Shown one piece after another: positions 48,103 to 61,200 of a DNA stretch of 64,000 nucleotides (its first letter is position 1; each line of letters begins with the position of its first letter). The stretch spans positions 33,170,001 to 33,234,000 of the forward strand of contig OZ241832.1 in NCBI GenBank assembly GCA_965202585.1. Reading direction: 5' to 3'. The notes beneath the pieces are model-generated. The model had not been told where the DNA came from and did no database searches. It worked only from the letters and a program-made list of their open reading frames with translations. A program made the translations under genes and the position numbers. This DNA comes from Thalia democratica. Taxonomy: Eukaryota.

Positions 48103-48927
48103 ATGGATTTCAACCACTTCAAAGCGTTGCCAGGAAAAGACGAGCACGAAAACGACGTTCTCCACAAACCACCGCACGAGGGCAGCAGCAACACCGACCA
48201 CGTGATCTTCTTCCCGGGAGACATCCAAAACTTCGAGCTGAAGATGAGCTCCAACCCGCAGTCCAAGCACCACACCGCCTACTCCTTCGAAAACACTCTG
48301 GGCATTCTCGGCGCAAAGTTCAAAAAAAGCCACGTCTGGCTGGTGGTTCCCCGAAAACGAATATACGACATCATCAGCTGCTACACCAACTTCGTGCCCA
48401 CCGAGTCCGTCGTCTGCCTTCCCAAGCACTCCAGGGACCACGACGGCGTGGCAAATATGGCGCAGCTCTTCCAGTCCATGCTAAAAGCAATTAAAATACC
48501 CGATTCCGAAACCGTCAGTGTCACTTTGGCCGCCTTCAGCAAGGGCTGCGTCGTTTTGAACCAGGTGTTGTACGAGGCTTCGCGGGAAAGCACCGATGAA
48601 GAAACTGCCAAGTTTCTGAGCACGATCAGGTGCATGTGCTGGCTGGACGGAGGCCACAGCGGGACGGAGGACGACGTCCACTGGGTGACCGACGAGGAGG
48701 TGCTGGGAAACCTGACGTCGCTGAAGCACGCGGACTTTGCGGTGCACACCTCGCCCTACCAGACCAAGGACCCGCACAGGAAGTTCAAGGGGGAGCAGGC
48801 GGCGGGGTTCGTGGAAGCGATGAAGCGCAACGGGTGCAAGCTGCGGCACACCGAGCATTTCGAGGAGGAGCTTTCGCTGGAACTTCATTTTAAAGTCATT
48901 GACGTTTTCGAACCTGTTGCTTTGTAG
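48103..48927 (+). CDS. C2orf69: C2orf69/UPF0565 homologue (alpha/beta-hydrolase-like), 274 aa, single coding exon
   Basis: First ATG at 48103 within ORF 48046-48927. Motifs HVIFFPGDIQNF, SCYTNFV, FSKGCVVLNQ, WLDGGHSG, VHTSPYQ..DP.R and SLELHFKVI match the family. Confidence 0.88.
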   Translation: MDFNHFKALPGKDEHENDVLHKPPHEGSSNTDHVIFFPGDIQNFELKMSSNPQSKHHTAYSFENTLGILGAKFKKSHVWLVVPRKRIYDIISCYTNFVPTESVVCLPKHSRDHDGVANMAQLFQSMLKAIKIPDSETVSVTLAAFSKGCVVLNQVLYEASRESTDEETAKFLSTIRCMCWLDGGHSGTEDDVHWVTDEEVLGNLTSLKHADFAVHTSPYQTKDPHRKFKGEQAAGFVEAMKRNGCKLRHTEHFEEELSLELHFKVIDVFEPVAL

Positions 48928-51900
48928 CTAAATAGTTGAATTTCAGTCTGCGTTAAAAAAAAATTTCATAGAAAATGTATTGAAATATATGAACTTGTTC
49001 TATTTAAGTTAAGTCTGACGAAAAATCATATTTTGTTCCTAATAATTTTTTAATTGCATTTAAACGACTCTATATTTTTTGCACATGTAAAATTTGTAAT
49101 AATATCACTTAAACTAAATTTTTTTAATCAAATTGAACACTGTAATTAGTTTTAAAAAAATTTCATTTTATTTTTAACAGCTTAGATGTTTTGAAGCAAG
49201 TTTAATAATATATTAGGTACACAATTAGATAAAAAGTAATCATACTAAATAATTCTTAATAAAATTTAAAATCTTGTTTTGTAATATGTTTCATTGATAC
49301 TTTTAAGTTTACATTTAGATAAACTTTCTTAGAAATATCATCTTTAATTTGCAAAAATATTTTATTGATTAAAGGTTTTTTTTATTGAATTTTTTTATTT
49401 AAATATCGCTATCAGATATTGCTAACGGGTAAGAACGGGAAAGATATGATCCTAAATTTTGATCTGTGTCTTTAATATAGGATCATCTTAGAATATTAGT
49501 AAAATGCGAAAAAAAATAGTACTTTTATGTTTTTGCGAAAAGTTTTCCTCTACTAAAATTGATACATTAATAAATTAGTTGTTTCTATTTAACCCACAAT
49601 GTAAAATGACATAGATAATTTTTTTTTTACCATTTAATTAAAGAGTAAACTTTTACAAAGCTTACACTAAAAAATATATTTGTATTTAGCTCAAAAATTG
49701 ATTTAAGATCGATAGCGCTTTTAATAAAAATTTTAAAAATCATCAGGTTATTAAGCAAAAAATAGAAAAAAGTAATATTAAGTAGTTAATGTATCTTATA
49801 CTACAAACCTGTTAAGAACAAAAAACAGCCGTTTAAAGTGAAATAATAACCAGTATTACATGGCAGTCACTAAACTTGAAAATCCCGAAGTGTTTGAACT
49901 TTTTCTCTGTGTTTAATGGTGTTATTTAAGTTATTTTTTATAACTGTTACTTATGAAGTTAAGTACTTCAATAAATATTTTTCAATTAAAAAATAAGAAA
50001 ATCAATTTTATATTAAAATGTTTAAAAACCTGGAATTTGTCAATTTAGGCTAAGAAAACCTGAAATTTTGAAAAAAAAAACTTAAGTTTTGAACAAAAGT
50101 TACTAAAAAACTTTGAATTTTTGACAATTTTCCCATATAAGTAGTAAAGTTTTGGTTTGACACAAAAATCTATCAAACTGGGTCTTTAGTTTTTATTTTG
50201 CCACTGGAGGTCTCAACTAACACAATTTTTTTTTCTTTCCCTTGAAAATTTACTCGGGACGAAATAATCAAAGAAGTCGTTGTAAACTTGAACTGCTAAA
50301 ATGTTAACTGATCGCGTTTGAACTACTTGATCTAACATTATGAAAACTTTATATGATAAGAGTGTTTTAATTTAAAAAGTACAGTATGTATGAATTAAGG
50401 AAAATATGCTTTAAAGCTTGTATGTTATGCATAAGACTGGTTATTTAACAACCAGATGATTGTTGATAAAAATTTCCTTAGTTATTCCTTTTAATAAACC
50501 TTTTTACTTAAGTTTTAAATCTTATGAAAGAATATAATACCTTAAAATAAAACTTAATTTGTTAAAACTTATACTTTTTTGGTTTTATTTTCAGTTTTCA
50601 GATGAATTGTTTAATTTTTTTTATTATAATTTTTTCATTGGTTAATTCTTTTTTCAAATATTTTACCCGTAGTCTAAAAAGAAGTAAAAAAGTTTAAAAC
50701 TTACTAAAAAGAATGAAAAACTAAGTTTTTACTTGTTGCATATCGCATTTAATAAACTAAATATTTTATACTAGCACTGAACAATATTAAAAAGTCATAC
50801 GACAAAACAAAACGGGCAATTAAAGTAACAATAAATGCGGACGATTTACATACTATTACTATATGACGTCATAAAACCTTTAATAAGGTCGCAGTGTCAA
50901 ATATCGGCTTATAAACATACTATTTCCAATAAGTTTGACCATTTCAACAAGTTTCTTTCAAGTCGTAATTTAGTTATTGATTGAAGCCACAACCTTACTG
51001 CAGTATATATGTTAAACGAAAAACTGAAACTTTTCAAAAGGTTAATTTTCAAAATTTTAAACTTGAGTGTTTCTTATATATACTCATATTTAGTTTTTGT
51101 TGTACTTTTTAATTTTAATCTTTTATACAACTTTTAAACGCTTTGTAGACGTAGTAGTGGAAATTATTGCCTTTGAAAATATCAAAGCTAGTTTCAATTC
51201 CCTCCAAATTACTTGTTAACTTTCATTTATCACACTTACCTGTACTTTACTGCGTTTCAACACGTTTTATCTTTCATTGCTCAAAGCATTATCACATTAC
51301 GAGCGATACAGATTGTGTGTTGTCTGAGCCAACAGTACTTTAATTTAAAAATATTAGTCATTTGATACTTCTCTTACGTTTGGGTGGGAATTATAAAAAG
51401 AAAATTTACAAGTTTAAAAGCTCTCTTTAATTGTTATAAAGGTTTAAGTACGTATTGATTCTGAAGAACAATTGGTTAGTTTAGTCTCAATTTATGTTTT
51501 TTTGTTTTCAGAAACATTATACAAGAGCATTTTATCTAAGACCATCAAATATTTCAATTCATACCATAAAAATATTTATTAAACAATAAAAAAATTACAT
51601 AGTTATTTTACTTTATTTCGAATTAAAATTTTTAATTTTAATACAGTTCAACAAGATTTTGAAAGCTTACTTTGATTTTTCCCTAACTCTATAACACTAA
51701 ATTGAAAATCATCAAATTCATCAAGATGAATTAAATAATCCACTGCTGCTAAACTCAGTAAGCAGAGTGTAACTAACGGGTTTCCAAGACCAATCGCAAG
51801 CAGCGAAGTTCCATTATACAGGAACTGTTTAATTTGTTTCTTTGCTTACTTTTCTTCCAGGTGTTCAATCAGCACCAAGATTTAACAACTTTCTAAAGAG

Positions 51901-53183
51901 GGACCAATGACGTATACTTTTTACTTTTTTTATACTTACCACAACTACCTTTGCTTTTAGCAAAGCTACGGTAAGCTACCACTTCACAGTGCACTGTACA
52001 TACTAATGTTCCTATTTAGTAGTTTAAGTTATATTATTGTTTTGCACATCATTTGTATAACAATTTATTTTGTGTGAAATCGAATGAAATCAAAAGCGTT
52101 TTTGCAGCCGTGACCAATTGAAGAATGTTAAAGTTTAGCTATTCCAAACAGCTATTTTGTCTTTATGTAAGTAGTAGTTTACATTGATGGTGAAAATTGT
52201 AATTGTATAACTGTATATTACACTACGGCACCGTTGCTTTAATTGTTTTGCATTTTTTTATTTTTTGTTTAATAAATATTTAGCAGTTTTACAGTGTTCT
52301 TCTAAACGCTGATCTTGTTTTCTATCATATGTCAACTGCTCTTTAGCTGAATTGCTTTGTGACTGTGTTTTTTCATCGATGTAAGTTTTCAAGTTGTAAC
52401 AAAGGCGGTTTCAAGTACCTTAGCTTCTAACAAGGGACTTCTAGCAAGGCTGTTTTAGGCTCATTTTTGGGAAAATTGACAGCTTTAAACTTGAAGGTAT
52501 TACAAAATTAACATTTATCTTATCAATTTTTAACAGCAGACTAAAAGTAAGTCAAATTTATGATCTTCAATAACTTTCAATAACTTTATAATTCTGATAA
52601 CGTTTTAAGTAGATTTAGAAGTGAATATTTTTGCATGATCTCTTCAGGGAATGTAGAGTTTTCTCATGATCATTTTCAATTTTGCAACTTCCTCTGAGCT
52701 TACATTAGAAATATGTTGACATTTAGTTGTTACTTTTGTTTGGCTTTATTTTGAAAGGCATAAAACTACAAGCTGTTCATTTGAAAGACAAAATAAAGGT
52801 TTGTTTAGGTATTGCGTTAAATAGTTGGAACCAGTTAAAAATATTTTTTTACAAGTATTGAAGCAATATACGTCTAACAAAAAAACACGTAACAAACTTT
52901 GTGCACGATGAATAAGACACTGTGCAGTTTATTGGAAAACACTAGCCATTGTTTTTATTAAGTTTGTGCTTAAATTAAACAGTAAAAAATAGTACTGACA
53001 CTTCATTTGTAAATTATAATGTTATGCGGCTGAGATAAGGTAAACTTAATTAACATTTTTAAAACCCTAGCTTCTCTATTCCATTTTATCCTAGAATTAA
53101 ATATAAACAGTTTTATAGAGTATTAACTTTTCAGAACATTTGAAAAAGTTGTATTTGAATAAAATTAACCTTATTTACTTACA

Positions 53184-53700
53184 TTTTGTACCACTAGTGT
53201 GTTTACGGTGGTTTTTTATGCAGGCGTGTTTTTGTGTCTATAAGCTCAGAACTTTTGTACATTAAATCTAAACTGGTTTGTTTTATGATAGAAAATTAAA
53301 TGTGTTTGTAAACAAGCAAATGGAACATAACTCACTTTGTTAAACAGAGATAATATCTTAAGAAATACTTTTGCAATTTTTTAGATGTTTTATAGCTTCT
53401 AATTTAGCTGTAGTACAACTTTTATTTGCACGTAGAAAGTTCTTACATTAGTTTGGTAGTGTTTAAATGTATATGTTCAAATTGTTATTTTACAAAAAAG
53501 TTAAAGAACACAACAATCTAAAAAAGTTCAGCTTAAAACTTGCTCAAAATTAATATTTTTTGGTTATAGTCTAATTATTGTACAAATAAAAACAACAGCA
53601 ATAATTTTATATCTGTCCTTATAAAAAGTACCAAAGTGGTAAACGACTTGAAAAACAAAACATTTTTCGTGCACCAGGTCCTAGGACCAAACATTTTGAG
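53184..53700. repeat. Highly diverged solitary copy of the tandem-array unit
   Basis: TTTTGTAACCACTAGTGTGTTTACG (~53184) resembles the start of block B. 53625-53700 resembles block C (GTACC...GTGGTAAACGAC...TTTTTCGTGCACCAGGTCCTAGGACC...ACATTTTGAG). Confidence 0.65.
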
Positions 53701-55201
53701 CGCTTTTTTTGTCGTTAAATAAAATATTTTCATACCTTTAATTTAATTTTAAGACATTTTAGTAATTCTTATTTTGTTGCATTTATAGTGTAAATTTATT
53801 TTCAGTTGATACAAAAAAATAGAATAGTTTTGTTCTTTTTTTTCTAAAGATTTATACTGTTAAATATATTTAAATTTTTGGCATTTTTCATTATGAATGT
53901 TACCAGATAGATAGTTTGAAGTTATAAATTAAGCTTTATTGTAAAACCGGCTAGAAATTTAAATTTATCTACGAACTAAATTTCAAGATTAATATTTTAA
54001 AGAACTATGCATGCAACTATAACGTTCAACCGTTTATGATAAATAGCCATTGTATTTGAAACTGATAATCACATAAGTTATGAATTTATAAAAAAAAAAT
54101 AATTTCAAACAATTTTAAAACACTCACAATACTTACGCACTTAATTTAATTGTAACAGGTAATGTAAAGAATTTAGCCGGATTTTACTTTTTATAAAGCT
54201 TATCAAAACTTTATATTTAGAAATGTTTTAAAGAAAAAAAGAATTTTAATTTTAAATAAACCGAAAATTTAAACAAAAGTAACTGTAATTTTTTATTTTG
54301 ATAAAACTGATCTTTCTATTAAACATAGAGAATATTAAAACAACAATAGAATTAATTAAAATCAGTGTGACAGTTATAGTTTTATTTTAAACGTAGAACA
54401 ATATAATCTATGCTATAATAAATTTTACTAAATATGCAAATGACTTTTTATTGTTTTTCACGTAAATCTAACAACATTTTATAAGCAAAAACTATAAATT
54501 ATCTTTGAGTTTTATATACGTATTTTTTAGATCAAAAGTTTATTTACATTATAAACTCTTCTTTCTGGAATTTAGTTTTAAATGTCTTTAAAGAAGCTAT
54601 AAGTTTTTATATGTTTAACTAAAAGTATCGAAGTTATGCTTATAATTGAAAAAGTTAAAATATTCCGAAAGCTTTTCTAAAATAAAATTTAAATTACTTA
54701 AAATTCATCTGATTTAAACTTAAGATGAAAATTAAGTTATTGAAAACAATTAAGAATAAATTGTTTTAAAGGAAAAAAAAAACATCTTTATTCGCTTAAA
54801 ATATTGTCTACGTTATATCTAACTTATAAAGTTTGATAACAGTTTTAAAATGCTTTATGATAAATTGAAAATATAAAATATATTATACTTGTGATTTTCG
54901 TGCAATCAGCAAAACTAATTACTTACTCATTTTCAAACCGGAAATTTGTAACGAAAAACAAATAACGCTTTGTTGAAAAATACATGATTCAGAGTGAAAT
55001 AAAAACGCTTTAAGATTTAATTGCAATTTTATTACTAGTTCAGACTTATATTAGCTAACAGTTACAGCATTTTTTAGATAAATATTGTAAATTTAAAGTT
55101 TAACATAGACTTTTAGTATCATTTTGTTTTTAATATGCTTTTTGTTTACAATAATATAACTAAACTATTCGTAAATTTTCAACAGATAATAAGTTATTTT
55201 A

Positions 55202-58200
55202 ATGTGGTACATTGGTTTATTGATTTTATTTTTTGCTGCTGCTACAATCAGTCAGGAAGTAAAAGGTAGAATTAAAGTCAAATATTTTTTCAAACGGTTA
55301 ATTGTTCTAGATTAAGCGAAACTTGTAACTTTTGGTATAATTCAGTATGACCTTTAAAGAAAATTAAAAATAAACTGTACAAAAGCAAGAGCTAAAGTTT
55401 TAAACAGTTAATCAAGGTTTTCTACACTCACCGAAACTAAAAATTCAAATCTACAAACTGTTCGTAAACAATAACAAACTCCAATTTTTTTTTTACATAT
55501 TTAATTTTTACAAACAAAACTCATCACAGACTGTCCGCCAATAGAGCAAATTCAAAACGGCGACACCCAGTGTTCGAAAGGCAGCAAGCTGGGCAGCTTG
55601 TGCGAGTACTCGTGCGACGAAGGCCACGTGTTGAGCGACGAGTGCCTCCGGTACAACTCCTGCATTGACACCGGGTTCAACGAGGGAATGTGGAAGCTGA
55701 TCGCGCCCGAGTGCCATTTGCGTTTGAACTTTTTATTGTTTACTTTGAGTTTTTTTTTTTTTTAATGTAAGCAGATGTCGAGGTAGTGTTAATAAAATAT
55801 TTTTGTAGTATCAATAGGCCGCATGAATGTAAACTTATGTTTGTTAAGCTAATTTTTTAGATGACATGGTCTACGTTCGAAGGTCAGTGAAACATTCATA
55901 TCAGTATATACGTTGTGTTTTTTACATTTTATTACGTTAAAAAACATTCAACTTTTCAGATTAAATTTTAATTTTATTGTTTAAAACACATTTTACGCGC
56001 AGCTTAAAGTTAAAAATAAAATAAACTTCAAAGGTGTTTAATAATTCCAATTTTCAAAGGATACATGTTGAGTGTGCAATTTGTTTATTCTTAGACAGTT
56101 TTCCTTGAGGATATCTATATTTAAAAGAGGCTATTTCTAAGTTTTAATTTTTCTGCTAACGTGTTTTGATTTTTTTATTTTCATCTGAACAATAAGATAT
56201 AAGATTGAAAACAGTTAATGTTTAAAAGCAGAAACAAGTTATGACGCACCACCTGACTACTAAAGTGTATTACTCAACGACAAATTAAAGTTCTTTTATA
56301 TGAAGTTTTTTTAGTATTAATATGTTTATTACTAGTTTAGCTAATCTTTATAATACAAAAATACAAAAGCAAAGTAATGTTAGCCTTTTCAAGTAGTATA
56401 TATAATTATAAATTATAATAAGTTGAACGATGTTTTAATTACTGGCTAAAAATACTATTACTCCATATGTGTTTTTTCAAGTTGAAAAAATATCACTAAG
56501 GTGTACATAGTTATTTTCTTTTCTGTATTAAATTACGAAATAGTTATTTTAAAAACAATTACACGTAAGTTTATGATGCGTGTTCAATTACAGCCGGGGT
56601 CGGTAGACTGCGGCCCGCGGACCAATACGGTCATCAAAGCCAAAATTTGCGGCCTGTAAATCACTTTTTAACTAAAAACATACTTTTTTGAACAAGAAAA
56701 AAGTGTATTGGTAAAAACATACATTTAGGTTATTAATTTGATAATAATCATTACTAGTGCTGTTTTATTGCTTTTTTAATTGCATTTATACTTGTTCGAC
56801 CCGCGAGCAACACTTCCTGAGAAATTTAACCCATTTCCTATAAAAAGCTGCCGACCCCTGAGTTAGAGTGTGGCTTTAACACAGTTTTATAACAGACTCT
56901 GTTGATGTTATTTATTTCCAACTACACAGAACCAGTTTGGTCAGAATGGAATATTGGAAGTTGCAGTAATACATGCGGTGGTGAAGGAATCAGAGTAGAT
57001 ACTAGATATTGCCTGCAAGGCTTTTGTGTAGGTGAAGAACTAAGAACAGTCGCATGTGTTAGCTACGAATGTAAAAGTAAGTTTAATAGTGTACTACGTT
57101 AATTTCTAAATTTCTAAAGGTAATTTTGAATTGAAAAAGAAAAAATAAAGAATTTAATTTACTTAGAAGACTGTCTCGCAATAAAGCAACATAATCCCGG
57201 CTCAACATCGGGAGTTTACACGATTTATCCTGATTTTCAGGAAGCAGGAGTGAGCGTGAGTTGCGACATGGAAACAGTGGGAGGGGGGTGGACAGTAAGT
57301 TGAAACTTTGTTAATACTAAAATTTCTAAAAAAATTTCAAGTAGTTTTAGTGTGCTTTGAAGTAAAATTACTTTTGAGTAGATTTATTTTTACTTTGTGT
57401 TAACTCAAAATTTCATTCAAAATTTCTTTTTACTAAGTTACAACAAACTAGCATTTTTTTATTAACGACTTAACTATACTTTTCCAAGGATGCTAGCTAT
57501 ATCTGCTAGCTAAAGTCAATGTTAGTTAAGTTTATTCTAAAGATAACTTTCCTACTAACAACCCAGTTGAAGTGTGTTGATTCGTTGACACACAGAAACA
57601 TATGTTGGTAGAATAAAGGAAGATTACTGTATAATTTGTTTTTATTTATATTCCAGTGAAGTTACTTTACTAGGATCTTTTGTTAGCAAACAATTAAAAC
57701 TATATTTGAACAGTTTTAACTTTTTATATCTACGTATATCTAATCATTTTATCTATAAAAAACACAAACAATCAAAACAGTTGAGACAAACTACGAAAAC
57801 ATTTTAATAAAGTTCTCTCATGTATAAGTCTGGTAAACAAACAGTGTAAATACCTGTAATACAACAACTGTTCATGTTTGTTTCTTTTATAAACTACCAA
57901 TTACAGGTGATGCTAAAAAGGTTCGACGGGTCGCAGGACTTTATGAAAAATTGGCAGGAGTACGAAAACGGGTTCGGAAGTTTGCAATCTGAGTTTTGGT
58001 TGGGTCAGTACGAACAAAATGAGATTAGCTTTATAAAGCGTTCAGTTATTACTAAAATCCAACCTATAAGTAAAGCTTTCGATTAATTTTTTTCTGACAG
58101 TTGATAAACTTGGTTTAACTTCAAAAAAGTTCTAGATTTGTCAATACAAAAGAATCTGACTTGAATAGAAAATTTTTGAAAATTCATAAAACTAGTTAGT

Positions 58201-61200
58201 TTATAAAAAACAGGCACATACTACATTGTAGTTCATAAAGTTTTAATATTGGTATTTGATAATAAAAAAAATATTGATATATCGTTAAATTTTAAGTTAT
58301 AAAGAACTTAATCAGTCTACAACACACAATATTAATAATATATTTTTTTTAAGTAAGATCTAAACAAATTTTTTGTTTTCTCTTTTAAAATTTTAATTTA
58401 AAGAATGCTTCTAAACTTACAATTTTATTTTTAAGTAAACTGAACGCATTAATTCTCTGACAATAACAAATTACGAAAACCAATTGATAGATATTATAAA
58501 AAACAGTTTGTTCTGATTAACTCTCATCTCATAACAAAACAAAATTCTTGTAAAGAACTAAACAACAAAATAGTAATAAAACTTTTTATTTAATAAAGCT
58601 TTTACAACGAAAATTCCTTAAATTTTATCAGGACTACAACTGGTTCACAACCTAACCAAGGAAGGATCACTTGAGTTGCGTTTTGACATGTCAGATTTTT
58701 CAGACGTCGAAGCTTTTATGACCTACACGTTAGTAACCTTTTATGACGTACACGTTATTTAGATAGTACAAAAACGTACAATAGTTTTACGGCACCTTTC
58801 AATGTTTTTTATTGAAAACAGTAAAATAGTTTTAAGTATTTTGTCTTTTGCTAAACTAAACACAAAATATTTAAAACATATGATGAAAAGAACATTTTTC
58901 GTGTGTTATAATTTTTTTATAGAGTTGTTAAACTAGTAATACAAGTTTTTGCTATGGTTGGAAAGTCTTAGATGTTTTAAGTTTAGAACTAGACTTAAAA
59001 AACTAGACCGCACGACCATTAACAACGCAGTTCCTTCTGCTGACTATATATATTTCAAAATAATATTGAGAACGAACCCAGAAGTCTTTGTTGATTATGA
59101 TAAGTTGAAGTACATCAAAAGTATGTTAGTCTAATGATGTAAAGTTTCTAAGAAATGAAACAAAAGGCAGTATGTGTTATGTTTTTATGTTTTAATGTCA
59201 CTTTTTAGTTAAACTTACTATCAAGTTAATAACAAAATAAATAAAAAGTCGTTAAAAAAATTTGGTTAATTTCTTTTACTTTTAACTGCTGTTAGAAGCC
59301 AACATTTTTAATAAAAAGATAAAATAGAGCTAAAATAAATTAATATTTTAACTATGCTTGTGTTAGATAAATTTTTTAAATTTACTTTAGATAAAGATAA
59401 ATAAATAAAATTTTAATCATGTAGAAACAACTATTGTTTATAGTTTTAGAGTGAACTAATCCTTTACAGTTAATGTTAGTAGAATTAATCATAGTTGATA
59501 TTCCGGTTTTCTATAAAAAACTGGCCTTAATTTCATATTTTTTATAAGTTCTGATTTAAAGCATATTATTTCAGTTATTAAGTCAGTAATGTTGAAATTA
59601 AGTAATAATAAAAGTTTGTGTGCTTTTTGCTTTATAGATCACAATAAAAGTTCTCGACTTAATGATAAGGAGAATGATCAATTCAAAGTTTTAAATTTTA
59701 TTAACAAAACAATGTTTCACTCGTTTGAACTAAATCAAACGAGATCAACAGTAAAATAAAATATGTAAAATTTTAAACAAAAACTTGCAAGAAAACATTA
59801 GGCTATACTTGAAATAAAACTGGCATTTATTTGATGATCTAAACTTAAAATAAACTCGCATGAAAGTTTAAAGAATGTGTTTTTTTTTTAAGGATTAGTC
59901 TAGTTTATTTAGGAGTAAAATTTTTTGATGTACATTTGAAAAAAGTTTTAATAACATTAGTATTTTTGCGTAACATAAAAAGAATGTATTACTAATTATT
60001 TTTCAAATATTATACAAATATCTTATATTTTACAAATCTTATGACTATTTTCTGTAATAGAATCAATATAAATGTTTTAATTTTAGAGGTTTCAGCATTG
60101 AAAGTTCAGAAGAAAAGTACAAACTAAATTTTGCACAAGGTTCAGGATACGGTACAGCAGGTAATGAAAACATATTCATTTTAAATAAATATTCACAATT
60201 TCAATATAACTGTTTGTTAATAAAGATCCCAGCGAAGCAAGTTTGCTGGAATATAAGTAGTAAAAACAATTTTCGCAGTATGTAGAAAACGGACTGCGCA
60301 AACTGGTTTTATTATTTATTGAAAATACATATAAAGAAGCTGTTTTTTAAAATTTTTAAAGCTTAACAATTACTTTATCGATAATATGATTTTTAGTAGA
60401 ATTATGAATAGGTGCTTTATACTGGTATATTATCAAAATCCACCCGCGTTCAAAATCCACCCGATTTTATTTATAGTTTTTTTATATATTTTTTGCACTT
60501 TGTTTATTTATTTTTTATTAGTTTTTTTCTGTCAATGTTACCCCTAACCCTTACCCTCGATCGGTAGCGGTTCTCGAATTTGACTGGGTTGCTTTTGAAC
60601 GTGGGTGGATTTTGAACGTGTCCCATTATACTGCATTGCTATTTAAAACTAAAAGCATTAAGCTTCAACTTTATGATTAAGTTTTTGTTCTTTATGTTCT
60701 TCAAAAATGTTTACAACATTAGATAAAACCACAGATTTATTATCAAAAACTATTATAAGCATAAACTAAACTGCTACTTAAAGTTCCTGTAAATTTTGGA
60801 GTTTGTAACTTAACATCTGATTCACTTTTATCATACTGTAAAAATATTTACTTGCTGTTAGTTTTTTAACTGTTAACACTTATAATAAAATTTATGTATA
60901 AATTTTTGAACATTAGATAAATTGTATATTCTTAATTTAAAACTGTAAGATAGTAATACGAGCTAAATAAACTGTTTAACAATTTACCGCAAAAATTGTT
61001 TAAATAATTATTGTTATTATCATACTTGCTAAGTTCTTTATTAAGTAACTTACAATTGTTTAATGTTTTATATCTTTTGTGTCAGTTAATCAAAACTTTT
61101 TTGATGATTACTGCATCTTTTAATCTTGCTCATCTACAAAGCTTAAGAGCGTGATTCACAAACTTTTAAACAATGAGTAAGCAAATTGATTTATTTAACA

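Noticed and set aside
48085-48893. Six alternative ORFs over C2orf69, and the TTG-start extension from 48046
   Set aside because: Antisense or shifted frames of a GC-rich CDS. The extension is T-rich acceptor-like sequence.
60541-60557. CCCTAACCCTTACCCT as an interstitial telomere
   Set aside because: Only about two degenerate units, lying inside a MITE-like element.
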